From: Candidatus Thorarchaeota archaeon
Lineage (GTDB): Archaea; Asgardarchaeota; Thorarchaeia; Thorarchaeales; Thorarchaeaceae
Direction: 5' to 3'
DNA length: 57,987 nt
Assembly (NCBI GenBank): GCA_046758445.1
Contig: JBHIAE010000017.1
Location: forward strand, 1-57,987
Shown here: in pieces, positions 21,469 to 31,235 of the stretch
How positions within the stretch are numbered: position 1 is the first letter of the stretch
How the letters are laid out: the number at the start of each line of letters is the position of its first letter
Translations under genes and position numbers: made by a program
Notes under the pieces: model-generated
What the model saw: only the letters and a program-made list of their open reading frames with translations
The model's database searches: none
What the model was told of the DNA's origin: nothing

Positions 21469-22563
21469 TTGAAGATGGTCTTCAAAAGAATGCCACTTGA
21501 GGACTGGTTCGACACTTATCAATACGAGGTAGACTATGATATCGGCGAAAGTGGAGTGAAGTACTTCACGTTCAAGGAACTTGAAATCGATCTTGACCAG
21601 GTTGAGCTCAGATATGGGTATCACCTTGGTTGTCCTGAGCTCAGAGGTCTGATTGCCTCACAGTACTCTGGAATGAATGCAGAGAATGTTGCAGTGACCA
21701 CTGGGGCTAGCGAAGCAAACTTTGCAATCATTGCCCATCTCGTCGGTCTTGATGATCACATGATAGTCGAACATCCAACGTACCCATCACTCTATGAGGT
21801 ACCAAGGTCTCTCGGGAGAGATCTTTCGCTTCTACGGCTCAAGTGGGAAGAGCAATTCAAGCCTAACATTAAGGAGCTGAAACAACTCATCAAACCCAAT
21901 ACAAAGTTGATCACACTGACTCATCCCAACAATCCGACTGGCTCTCAGATTAGCGAGGAGGCGCTCCTGGAGGCAGTTGAGCTTGCTGAGAAGCACGACC
22001 TGTATCTCATGGTTGACGAAACCTATAGAAACCTTACTTTTGAGAATCCTCCCCCTCTTGCTGCCACTTTGAGCAAGAACGCCATCAGTCTGACAAGCAT
22101 GTCGAAAGTCTACGGCTTGCCTGGAATTAGGATTGGATGGGCTGTTGGTGATCAGACAGTTGTCGATGGTATTCGAGCTGTCAGAGAACAAATGACAATC
22201 TGCAACTCATCCCTGGGAGAAGCAATAGCCATCAATGTGTTGAAGAGAAGAGAAACGATTCTTGATGAGATGCGAAAGCACATGATGGAAAACTATGAGA
22301 TCCTGAAAGACTGGATGAATCGACAAGACAGATTGGAGTGGATCGAGCCTGAAGGTGGAGTTGTCTGCGCTCCAAGGTTCAAACGAGGCGGGTCAACAAA
22401 GCAACTATGTGAGGTCCTAGTGAAGAAATACAGAACCTTCGTAGTTCCTGGATACGGTCTTGAAATGGACGACCATTTCAGATTGGGATATGGAGGGGAG
22501 AAAGCGGAGCTTATCCAGGGGCTCAAGATGCTTGAGAAGGCCCTTGACGACGTCCTTCAGTGA
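21469..22563 (+). CDS. PLP-dependent aminotransferase class I/II (VioD-like subfamily)
   Basis: LEDWF..YDIGESG, THPNNPTG, VDETYR, SMSKVYGLPGIRIGW. Confidence 0.9.
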   Translation: MKMVFKRMPLEDWFDTYQYEVDYDIGESGVKYFTFKELEIDLDQVELRYGYHLGCPELRGLIASQYSGMNAENVAVTTGASEANFAIIAHLVGLDDHMIVEHPTYPSLYEVPRSLGRDLSLLRLKWEEQFKPNIKELKQLIKPNTKLITLTHPNNPTGSQISEEALLEAVELAEKHDLYLMVDETYRNLTFENPPPLAATLSKNAISLTSMSKVYGLPGIRIGWAVGDQTVVDGIRAVREQMTICNSSLGEAIAINVLKRRETILDEMRKHMMENYEILKDWMNRQDRLEWIEPEGGVVCAPRFKRGGSTKQLCEVLVKKYRTFVVPGYGLEMDDHFRLGYGGEKAELIQGLKMLEKALDDVLQ

Positions 22564-22660
22564 AGTCACGAGGGAATCATAGGGAAGTCCGGCGAAGTAC
22601 ACTTCATGAATACTACTTGGCTTGCGCAGCTATGATCATACCGCAGACCGAAACCACTAA

Positions 22661-22960
22661 ATGGGCGTGTCATATCGAGCGCTGGGACCTACTCGAACGT
22701 TACGAGCACCGACGGGGTGCAAGCTAAGAATGACCTCTAACTGCACAGACGATCTCTGCGCCCGCAAGATGCGCGACTTTGACAGAGCAATAGGAGACGA
22801 AAGGAGTCAATGGAGTTTTCTTCTCCGTTTCACAAAGAGCCATGAGGACGTGGCGAATGCCCTTCGATTCTGTGAGGTCTTCCGACTGGAAGCCAAGGTC
22901 AAGGTCACATCTGAGGGCTACAAGGTAATGGTTCGGGATGACTTGATACGAATGCTATAG
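22661..22960 (+). CDS. Small hypothetical protein
   Basis: 99-aa ORF filling an intergenic gap; alpha/beta pattern; start uncertain. Confidence 0.45.
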   Translation: MGVSYRALGPTRTLRAPTGCKLRMTSNCTDDLCARKMRDFDRAIGDERSQWSFLLRFTKSHEDVANALRFCEVFRLEAKVKVTSEGYKVMVRDDLIRML

Positions 22961-23032
22961 ACTCTCTTGTCAAGCACTATCACCTGATTCCACATCCGTC
23001 AATTCACTTTGCCATTTTGCCGAGTTGAAGAA

Positions 23033-23470
23033 TCAACGTTTCGAGCTCAAACGTAGTGAGTCCAACGCCCGGCTGAAAAGACTTGACTCTACTACTATTC
23101 TGTATGCGTAGACTATCCGTACCTGAATTGGGCCATCTGAAACTACCTCGATCATTACCGTGGAGTGCTCTCCGTTGTAGTTGTATCTAGCAGAAGTCGC
23201 TGTGAACGATGCCAACAAGACGTTCTTAGTAGATAGCCACACGCCATCCTTGAACATGAATCGTATCTCCGCCGTTCTGTTTGACTCAACGATGACCTGC
23301 GTGACCTTGGGTCCGCCGAAACCGGCTTCAATTCGGTATGAGTTTCCAGAAGTGTATTCAACTATCTTGGCCGTTTCAATCACCTGTGTAAATGGAATCG
23401 AGCAGAACACAGCTGCGAGAATAAGACCAATGACTAGGTAGTCTTCAAACTCGGGATGTTTCATAGACAC
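23033..23470 (-). CDS. Hypothetical membrane-anchored beta-rich protein
   Basis: N-terminal TM YLVIGLILAAVFCSIPF followed by beta-strand pattern. Confidence 0.6.
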   Translation of the reverse strand: MSMKHPEFEDYLVIGLILAAVFCSIPFTQVIETAKIVEYTSGNSYRIEAGFGGPKVTQVIVESNRTAEIRFMFKDGVWLSTKNVLLASFTATSARYNYNGEHSTVMIEVVSDGPIQVRIVYAYRIVVESSLFSRALDSLRLSSKR

Positions 23471-23606
23471 TAGGCTCCAACAGGGACAGGCCTCTTTTGC
23501 TAGGCCACATATCTAAGCCGGGCATCAACTGTATGAGTATAGTGACTCAGACGTATACAAGCCTTTCCAAACCCTAACATGGCGATATTGTGCTATCCTG
23601 CAGGAC

Positions 23607-24920
23607 TCAGTGTGCATTACCTTGTTCTGCAGGTCGAATTGACCTCGTGAAGTTGCCTAGTTGGACACATCCCGTGACGAGCTTCGGTGCAATCTCACTA
23701 ACAAACTCATCGAGATCTTCCCTTGCCTTTCTCCGATCTTCCCTGAACCGTTCCAACGCTCTAGCTCCATTGTAATCCACAGAGGCAAGACGGATGCAGA
23801 GATTGTCAGCTGCCATACCGAAGTCTTCTCCCGGAAGGCTTGCCACATTCCATTGACGAAGAAGCAGGCCAGTCAAAGCTGCTGAGGTTGTCACTCCTTC
23901 TTCGGCAAGGGCACTCTTGTCACCGTTCCAGTCCGGGAAGAGATAGAAAGCACCCTTTGGAGCAGGACATCTGATTCCTGAGTCTTTCAGTCTAAGATAG
24001 ATGTTCATTGTGACTAGCTCATGAAGGGCTGTGCAATCCCTGATGTAGTTAATGAGTTCTGTAGAGGTCTGATAGGCTTCCAGAGCAGCATATTGCATGG
24101 GGGCTGCAACGCACGACCAAGTGTTGCTTGCAACTCTCAAGATTGCGTTTCTGAGATCTGATTCTTCCTTCGGGAGTAGCATGACTCCGAGCCTAAACCC
24201 TCCGGCTGATCGGTCCTTAGATAGTCCGCCTGTCACGATTGTCCCTTCTGGATAATACTCGGCCATACTGTGGTGTTTATGACCCTGGAATGTCAAGAGC
24301 GCATATATCTCGTCTGAGAGAATCGGAACATTCTGTTCACGAGCTACATCTGATAGTGCTCTAAGCTGAGAGGCTGAATAACTCTGGCCAGTTGGGTTAC
24401 ATGGATAGTTCATTATCAAGAGCTTTTGTTCGTCCGGTCTCGAATCGAGTTGCTGAATAGCCCTCTCTAGGATAACGGGTGTCATAAGGTATGAATCCTC
24501 GACTTGTGTATTGACGTAGTAGACCTCCTTGCCTGAGAGGTGCGCATGCGCATCATAACTGACCCAACTGGGAGTGGGCACAAGAAGTGGTCCTTCAAGG
24601 GACATGATTGCATCAAAGAGAAGCACCTTGCTACCCGGTCCGACGATAACCTGCTCTGGTGAGTATTCGGTCCCAAACATCGTCTTGTAGAACTTGCATA
24701 TCTGCTCCCGGAGCGCAAGAATGCCTTGAGTAGGAAGATAACTTCGCTGCCCTGCATTGTCGCAAAGAGCCTTGCTTATGGAAGAATGAACTGGGAAGGG
24801 CGATTCACCAAAGCCCATGTGATATACCTCCTCTCCTTCTTTCCTACGTTCGGAGATCAACTCATTCATGGCCAAGGTCGCAGAAGGCTTCAGCTTCATG
24901 CTGGATTGGGATATGGGCAT
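23607..24920 (-). CDS. PLP-dependent aminotransferase class I/II (aspartate aminotransferase-like)
   Basis: KPSATLAMNE, MGFGESPFPV, GPGSK, NYPCNPTG, SDEIY, GGLSKDRSAGGFRLG. Confidence 0.92.
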   Translation of the reverse strand: MPISQSSMKLKPSATLAMNELISERRKEGEEVYHMGFGESPFPVHSSISKALCDNAGQRSYLPTQGILALREQICKFYKTMFGTEYSPEQVIVGPGSKVLLFDAIMSLEGPLLVPTPSWVSYDAHAHLSGKEVYYVNTQVEDSYLMTPVILERAIQQLDSRPDEQKLLIMNYPCNPTGQSYSASQLRALSDVAREQNVPILSDEIYALLTFQGHKHHSMAEYYPEGTIVTGGLSKDRSAGGFRLGVMLLPKEESDLRNAILRVASNTWSCVAAPMQYAALEAYQTSTELINYIRDCTALHELVTMNIYLRLKDSGIRCPAPKGAFYLFPDWNGDKSALAEEGVTTSAALTGLLLRQWNVASLPGEDFGMAADNLCIRLASVDYNGARALERFREDRRKAREDLDEFVSEIAPKLVTGCVQLGNFTRSIRPAEQGNAH

Positions 24921-25104
24921 ATTCTCTCCCTCAGTATTCACCAGTCTGACCCAAAGACACTCCTTCCCGCAGTTAAAAGCTCCATGGAGATCCCTTCTCA
25001 GGAATCATGCTCTCCTCCCAACCGGATGCTGCGATACACTTGGAAACCAGAATTCTTATTGTCCATCTATGGCATAGTCTACTGCTTCACGAGGAGGCGC
25101 AAGA

Positions 25105-25939
25105 TTGGAGAAGCTCATCATCACAGTAGCCCCGACGGGCTCTATTCCCCGAAAGGCGGACACTCGACATCTACCTGTAACTCCTGAAGAGATAGCAGAA
25201 ACAGCCTACCTATGTGAACAGGAAGGGGCCTCCATTATACACGTACACTGCCGCGATGAGAATGAGAACCCGACCTCAGACTATGACCTCTTCAGGGAAA
25301 CAGTAGACAAGATCCGCAAACGAACGCGCCTCATCGTCATGGTGTCAACGAGTGGCATTGCAGGTAAGTCTGACCAAGAGAGAGCCGAACCTCTTAGGAC
25401 CGGGCCAGAGATGGCAAGCCTCACGACTGGTTCGCTTTCCTTTGCCGCACGGAAGCCCTCCGTCGTTTATGTCAACACTTGGAAAACCATAACCTTCCTC
25501 GCCGGAAAGATGCTAGAGCTAGATGTCAAGCCGGAGCTTGAGATCTTCGATGTGGGCTTCGTAACCAAGGGATCAAGCTCCTCGAACAGGGTTTGGTGAA
25601 GTCACCAGCACATTTCCAGCTCGTTATGGGTGTTGATGGAGGGATTCCGGGAACCATAGACAACCTCCTACACCTAGTGCGTCAACTTCCTGAGGAATGC
25701 ACCTTTACTATTGCGGGAATAGGACGAAGACAGCATAGTTTGACTAGCATGTCTACAGTCTTAGGAGGCCACGTCCGAGTAGGACTCGAAGACAACATCT
25801 ACTACGAGAAAGGTAGGTTGGAGCCCAATGAAGATTCGTCACTAGGGCACGCAGGTTTGCAGAAACCGCAGGACGAGAAGTGGCAACACCTGCTGAGGCT
25901 CGAGAGATCATGGGGCTCAAGCCGAAGAGGCATGAATAG
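25105..25939 (+). pseudogene. kce: Beta-keto-acid cleavage enzyme (Kce/BKACE, DUF849) with two -1 frameshifts (pseudogene or assembly errors)
   Basis: KLIITVAPTG, IIHVHCRD, KPELEIFD; shift near 25563 restores NQGIKLLEQGLVKSP; GGHVRVGLEDNIYY; shift near 25833 restores FVTRARRFAETAGREVATPAEAREIMGL..*. Confidence 0.85.
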
Positions 25940-25972
25940 AGTAGAAGAAACAGACGTCCTCCTTTGTTCTGG

Positions 25973-26004
25973 AAAAAAGGGGGAGGGTGAAGCTTTCTCC
26001 CCCC
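25973..26004 (-). terminator. Hairpin plus T-run terminator downstream of the ARPP-1-like gene
   Basis: Minus strand GGGGGAG-AAAGCTTCACC-CTCCCCC-TTTTTT between convergent genes. Confidence 0.55.
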
Positions 26005-26026
26005 GACATCAACAGAGCCCATTTGT

Positions 26027-27022
26027 TCACTTTCCCAGCGAACAGTATAGAAGCTTCGGAGTGTCTTTGCCGGTTTCTCCAACGACGGCTTCACCCTTGA
26101 GGCCATGAAGGCCTATTACGATGTTATCTGATCTTTCCCTTGAAACAACTTGGTCCTGTTTCGGTTCCTTGAGATGAAGGAGGAGCTGTATTGCCTCTGC
26201 CCAGGCGGCTTCCTTTGGGCTTGGCTTCTTCTTTGTGTCGCAGTATTCGACGAGGAGGGACTCAAGAACGCCGTTCCTCTGATTGAAGGACCTGGAATTT
26301 CGGTAGAACTCCAAGGCGACGACGTCTCCATTGGTATCCACCATGATGAACCCACAGGCGTTTTCAGGTAGACTACTACTGACGTCCTTCGCCATCTTCC
26401 TGGCCTTCTTCTGTATCTTGGCCATTGCGTCTGTGTACTTCGTTGTATCTTTGATTCCAAGAGACCTGCAATACCTTTCGACTTCAGACCATACTTCACT
26501 TTGATCTACAGCCGCCGCTGGTGCATAATGCTCAACGTCTGTCATAATTGATTGATACTTCATTCTTCTCATTCCAGCCTTCAAGGGCACCGAACCCGAC
26601 CCTATCGAACTGAACTCAACTCCTCTTCGAAGTGCATGGGGAGCATGGACACATTTCACAGGGATTCTGCTCTCCTCACCGGGCTGAAGAATGACGGTGG
26701 CCACGACAATCCTGTCCTGACTGCCATCTGCCACTAGGACTTCAGCTTCCTCGATGAGAACTGGCACGTCCCCTGTATTCCTCGCCAATATCGAATCGAC
26801 TGCATCGCCAGCCTCGGTAATCTCAAGCGTGCCTTTCTTCAGAGCTTCCGCCGCATTGAGATATTGGGCATCTTGGGTTTCTTCGGTCAACACAATTGGA
26901 ACCAAGGAAACCCCACTGTATGATATGGGACTCTCAAGGCCGAATGCCGTATTGCCGAGTATCTCACTGGCAAATGTCCCTACATGCTTCATTGCATCTG
27001 TGCTTGACAACTTTCTCACCAT
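26027..27022 (-). CDS. ARPP-1/DUF6569-like protein
   Basis: YLNAAEALKKGTLEITE, NTGDVPVLIEEAEVL..QDRIV..VIL..IPVKCV, DQSEVWSEV, GFIMV..G.VVALEFY match my recollection of the family pattern. Confidence 0.65.
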   Translation of the reverse strand: MVRKLSSTDAMKHVGTFASEILGNTAFGLESPISYSGVSLVPIVLTEETQDAQYLNAAEALKKGTLEITEAGDAVDSILARNTGDVPVLIEEAEVLVADGSQDRIVVATVILQPGEESRIPVKCVHAPHALRRGVEFSSIGSGSVPLKAGMRRMKYQSIMTDVEHYAPAAAVDQSEVWSEVERYCRSLGIKDTTKYTDAMAKIQKKARKMAKDVSSSLPENACGFIMVDTNGDVVALEFYRNSRSFNQRNGVLESLLVEYCDTKKKPSPKEAAWAEAIQLLLHLKEPKQDQVVSRERSDNIVIGLHGLKGEAVVGETGKDTPKLLYCSLGK

Positions 27023-27147
27023 AATTCATGTAAGAGAATTACGTTTAGTATTAAAGACCTAGCCTTATAAACTCTAGTATAAAAAGCTCTATAAGTAAGA
27101 TAAGCATTACATCTGTATCGATAATCTCCCATGAACAGGTAGACTGG
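27023..27147. promoter_or_regulatory. AT-rich divergent promoter region with TATA-like boxes
   Basis: CTTATAAA, TATAAAAA, CTATAAG and TTTAATA (minus) between divergent genes. Confidence 0.5.
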
Positions 27148-27498
27148 GTGTTTCCGATCATGAAAGATGACCTCTCTAACGCGAGCATAGACATGAAACC
27201 TGTGAAAGAAGAGTTGGTCGGCCGAATTTCAGAAGAGGACTTTGGACTCTCGAGGAGAGAGGTATCTGTGATGTGCCGACTGAGTGGAAAGACTGTCGCC
27301 ATCCTTGATGCTCTAGTAGAACTTGAGATCTTCAAGAGCAAGTCCGAAGCAATAGCCACTTTTGTCGACCAGACGATTCTGTCACGTGGAGAACTATTCG
27401 AGGAGATCTTGACTCAGGCTCAGGAGATTGCCTCGAAGCGAGAAGCCGCAAAACACCTTGCCTATCAAGCAGTGATGGCTGGTCGCAAGCCGAAGTGA
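27148..27498 (+). CDS. Putative ribbon-helix-helix DNA-binding protein
   Basis: VSVMCRLS..TVAILDALVELEIFKSKSEAIATFV strand-helix-helix pattern with coiled-coil tail. Confidence 0.6.
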   Translation: MFPIMKDDLSNASIDMKPVKEELVGRISEEDFGLSRREVSVMCRLSGKTVAILDALVELEIFKSKSEAIATFVDQTILSRGELFEEILTQAQEIASKREAAKHLAYQAVMAGRKPK

Positions 27499-27611
27499 GA
27501 TGTTTCGCAGACTATCATCGCACACTAGTCAGAGTAGTGTTCATGTCATGAAGGACGGAGGGGAACGAAAGAACTAAGTCCCGGACTCTGTTTCGCGTCG
27601 CACGATTAGAG

Positions 27612-28568
27612 ATGCCTAAGAAGAAGTCGGCTGGGGGTAAGGAAACCCTCAAAGTTGTAATTGTGAATGACTTGGAAGGAATCTCGGGAATTGATCACTG
27701 GCATCAGCTCTTGCACGGATTCGAGGAGTTTGAAGAGGTCGGAAGGACAGAGGTGACTGAAGATGTCAATGCCGCTATTCGTGGACTTAGGGCCGCTGGC
27801 GCCACTGAGATCAGAGTTGCGGATTCACATGGGTCCGGCGGTCCGAACAAGAACATAATCCCTGAACGACTTGAAGAAGGAGTGAAGTTGTATCAGGAAC
27901 AATCCATTCCTGATAGAATGACGGAGGCCGTAGACGAGACGGTTGATGCTGCAGTGTTGATTGGATTCCACGCGATGGCGGACACCAAGGACGGACTGTT
28001 TAGGCACACTATCACTATAGGCCCCCGAATAGAGGTCAATGGCCGGCCCGTCGGGGAAACAGCTCTTGACGCTTACATCCTCGCAGAATATGGGATTCCA
28101 GTGATAATGGCCACAGGTGACCAAGCCTTGGTTCGGGAAGCGTTAGAGTTCTTGCCAGGAATCGAAACCGTTCAGGTCAAGACTTCAACTGACTCCAAGA
28201 CAACTGATTGCCTACCCTTATCAGAGGCTAGGAAACTGATCGAAGAAGCGGCTGAACGAGCGCTTTCGAAACTGGATGAATTCAGCCCGGTACAGGTTTC
28301 CAAACCGGTTAGAATTGACGTAACATTCCCGAAGAAGGAACAGGTGGTTCTTTGTGAGAATATCCCTGGGGCCGAGAAGAGCGCCGAGATGACAATATCA
28401 TACACTGCTGATGAATGGGATGAGGCTTACAAATTCATTAGGACCTGTGTAGGTTTCGCCGGGCAGTTCTTGAATAGCAAACTGGTTGAGAAGCTGAGAG
28501 CTCTTCCGGGATCTGAATCAGCCGTCTCTGAGTGGGCTGAAGAGATTGTTGAAGAATGGTTGACTTGA
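27612..28568 (+). CDS. M55 family D-aminopeptidase (DppA-like)
   Basis: DLEGISG, VADSHG, IGFHA, HT, GE..L, TGD metal-binding motifs. Confidence 0.9.
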   Translation: MPKKKSAGGKETLKVVIVNDLEGISGIDHWHQLLHGFEEFEEVGRTEVTEDVNAAIRGLRAAGATEIRVADSHGSGGPNKNIIPERLEEGVKLYQEQSIPDRMTEAVDETVDAAVLIGFHAMADTKDGLFRHTITIGPRIEVNGRPVGETALDAYILAEYGIPVIMATGDQALVREALEFLPGIETVQVKTSTDSKTTDCLPLSEARKLIEEAAERALSKLDEFSPVQVSKPVRIDVTFPKKEQVVLCENIPGAEKSAEMTISYTADEWDEAYKFIRTCVGFAGQFLNSKLVEKLRALPGSESAVSEWAEEIVEEWLT

Positions 28569-28602
28569 GATAGTCCATCAAGTTCCGTTTCTTGAAAACC
28601 GC

Positions 28603-28950
28603 TCATTTCTTGGGCTTCCGTCGTAGATCGAGAAACTTCCCATTCAAGACACGGGCAATGTATCTTCGACCTTTGAATACCCACATAATCTGGTGATTGT
28701 TTCGAGCCATCTCGGCCCATTTGGAGTCTTTCTTTGGGTTCTGTTCGACAAACAACAGATTGTCGATGCTAACGGATCTCAGCTTGCTTGTTGAGGTCAG
28801 TGAAATCCGGTGGGATTCGCCTTTGACTTCTACGCTATCTACGTCCTCGAAGATTGCATCGAAGACGATGAGTGCTACTTCTCTAAGATCCTCTGAATCA
28901 GGACTCAACGCTGAATCCTCAGAGCCTGCGGGCAATAATCCGTCCTCCAA
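28603..28950 (-). CDS. Hypothetical protein
   Basis: Protein-like ORF (FVEQNPKKDSKWA..HQIMW); no function recognised. Confidence 0.55.
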   Translation of the reverse strand: MEDGLLPAGSEDSALSPDSEDLREVALIVFDAIFEDVDSVEVKGESHRISLTSTSKLRSVSIDNLLFVEQNPKKDSKWAEMARNNHQIMWVFKGRRYIARVLNGKFLDLRRKPKK

Positions 28951-29109
28951 TCAGGGAGAATATGCATAGTCAGCCTTATACCTATTTCACTTTGCAGGAG
29001 TCATCCCTGCAATAGACTCCATTCTTGCTCTCTTCGAGTCAGTATCGGGTGAACTCCGTTTCATCAGAACGACTAAATACCATACACACCCTCATTGGAC
29101 AGGCCTACA

Positions 29110-30696
29110 ATGACGAAGCTTCTAATCACGGACACAGTACTGCGGGATGCACATCAGTCACTTCTCGCGACACGTATGAGAACAGAACACATGCTTCCTA
29201 TCTGTGAGAAACTTGATTCTGTAGGCTATCATTCATTAGAGATGTTTGGTGGAGCCACTTTCGATAGCATGATGCGCTTTCTAGATGAAGATCCTTGGGA
29301 GCGTGTTGAAACCCTTCGTGACGCGATTCCTAACACCAAGTTTCAGATGCTGCTGCGAGCACAGAATGTCGTGGGCTATCGTCACTATCCTGATGATGTT
29401 CTAGAGGCCTTTGTCATGGAGGCTGTGAAGGTGGGAATTGACATCTTCCGCATCTTCGATGCGTTGAACGATGTTCGAAACATGGAGGCCGCAATGCGTT
29501 TCGTAATGCGCGAGGGTGGTCATGTCCAAGCTAGCTTCTGCTACACCCTGAGCCCATTTCACACGAACGAGAAGTTCGTCGAGAAAGCAAAGACATTGTA
29601 CTCAATGGATGCTGACTCCATTTGTATCAAGGACATGGCTGGCCTAATCAATCCTCAAGATGCGCATGAGCTAGTCATGATGCTGAAGGACGAGTTGGAC
29701 ATTCCCATTCAGCTCCACACTCACTATACCAGCGGGATGGGCTCTATGGCCTGTCTCAAGGCGGCTGAGGCCGGTGTCGACGTGGTCGATACTGCCATCT
29801 CGTCACTCTCTTTGGCGACCTCGCAGCCAGCCACTGAGTCGATAGTGGAGGCACTGAAAGGTACGTCCCGTGACACAGGCCTCGATGTCAATCTGCTGGC
29901 AGAGATTGCTGACTACTTCAGAAAGATACGTCGCAAGTACACGCAGTTCGAAGGAAGTCTTCAGGGAGTCAACCCACAGGTCCTTGTCTTTCAGGTACCA
30001 GGTGGAATGCTATCGAACCTTGACAACCAGCTAAGGGAACAAGGTGCTCTTGAGAGATATGATGAGGTGCTGAAAGAGGTTCCTAAGGTCAGAGCAGAAC
30101 TTGGTTATCCTCCACTTGTTACGCCCTCTAGTCAGATAGTTGGCACCCAGGCAACTCTCAACGTGGTCACGGGCAAGCGTTACAGCATGATTCCTCATGA
30201 GGTAAAGCAATACATACGCGGCTACTACGGAAGGCCACCTGCAGATATCGATCCCAAGATTAGAAAGAAGGCAATAGGTGACGAAAAGCCTCTAGACTCA
30301 AGGCCTGCGGATTTCATTGAACCTGAGTTGCCCAAAGCCAGAGAGGCATTGAAGGAAATTCCGCACGTACCTAGGGATGAGATCTCATTCGCTCTCTTTC
30401 CCCAGTACGCACTTGACTTCTTGAAAAGGAAAGCACAACGGAAAGCTCGGGGGGACATGACTTCAGAACACGAGGTGGCAATTCTTGCATCGGTACTTCA
30501 TCTCAGTTCCCAAGTCACCAGTATCGCTGATTCAACTGCTGTGACAGGGGACTCATGGGCTCAAGCTGGAATTGACGAACTCCATGCGGCAAAGACGACC
30601 TCATACGCTCCAAGCCATTGGGAGAGGTCGAGTTCTGAATGGGCCTCTACTGGTCGCAGAAACGAGATGAAGAGACGACACCAAGGAGGCCCCTAG
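29110..30696 (+). CDS. Pyruvate/oxaloacetate carboxyltransferase (transcarboxylase 5S / OadA / PycB type), no fused biotin domain, extra C-terminal tail
   Basis: LRDAHQSLLATRM, GGATFD, FRIFDALND, CIKDMAG, HTHYTSG, QVPGGMLSNL, GYPPLVTPSSQIVG. Confidence 0.93.
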   Translation: MTKLLITDTVLRDAHQSLLATRMRTEHMLPICEKLDSVGYHSLEMFGGATFDSMMRFLDEDPWERVETLRDAIPNTKFQMLLRAQNVVGYRHYPDDVLEAFVMEAVKVGIDIFRIFDALNDVRNMEAAMRFVMREGGHVQASFCYTLSPFHTNEKFVEKAKTLYSMDADSICIKDMAGLINPQDAHELVMMLKDELDIPIQLHTHYTSGMGSMACLKAAEAGVDVVDTAISSLSLATSQPATESIVEALKGTSRDTGLDVNLLAEIADYFRKIRRKYTQFEGSLQGVNPQVLVFQVPGGMLSNLDNQLREQGALERYDEVLKEVPKVRAELGYPPLVTPSSQIVGTQATLNVVTGKRYSMIPHEVKQYIRGYYGRPPADIDPKIRKKAIGDEKPLDSRPADFIEPELPKAREALKEIPHVPRDEISFALFPQYALDFLKRKAQRKARGDMTSEHEVAILASVLHLSSQVTSIADSTAVTGDSWAQAGIDELHAAKTTSYAPSHWERSSSEWASTGRRNEMKRRHQGGP

Positions 30697-31224
30697 ATGA
30701 GTTCCGAATACGATGTCACTCTGGATGAGAAGGAGTATCGAGTTGAGGCAAAGAAGCTCGACGAGGGAGGTCTCCTAATAGTCAAAGTAGGTCCAGAGAG
30801 CTTCACTCTGAAAGTTCAATTCAACGAAGATGAAACGTGGAGCGTCAATGACACCTTCTCAGACCACATTGTCAAAGTCGTCAGTAAGACAGGTGCCAGA
30901 GTTGTGCTCGAGTTCAACGGTGAGCAACGAGAAGTTGAGTGGGCGCGGGTGAGAAAGCAGGTGGATGTCGAAGCAACTCCTAGTGCAGCCGCAACGCGTG
31001 AACAAAGGTTGGCCGGAGGTGTATATCCGCCAATGCCTGGAAAGATCACTGAGGTCGTGATCAAAGTTGGTGACAGGGTGCAGAGTGGACAGACAGTATG
31101 TATTCTCGAGGCCATGAAGATGTTCAATGAGCTAAAGGCCACCTCTGCGGGAGAGGTAAAAGCGGTCAACGTCGAGGCCGGCTCAAACGTGACCCCCAGT
31201 GACTTGCTTGTGTTGATCGAGTAG
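30697..31224 (+). CDS. Biotin carboxyl carrier protein with N-terminal beta-rich (BT-like) domain
   Basis: PPMPGKI..LEAMKMFNE biotinyl motif; directly abuts upstream stop (TAGATG). Confidence 0.93.
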   Translation: MSSEYDVTLDEKEYRVEAKKLDEGGLLIVKVGPESFTLKVQFNEDETWSVNDTFSDHIVKVVSKTGARVVLEFNGEQREVEWARVRKQVDVEATPSAAATREQRLAGGVYPPMPGKITEVVIKVGDRVQSGQTVCILEAMKMFNELKATSAGEVKAVNVEAGSNVTPSDLLVLIE

Positions 31225-31235
31225 GGTGATCTGGT

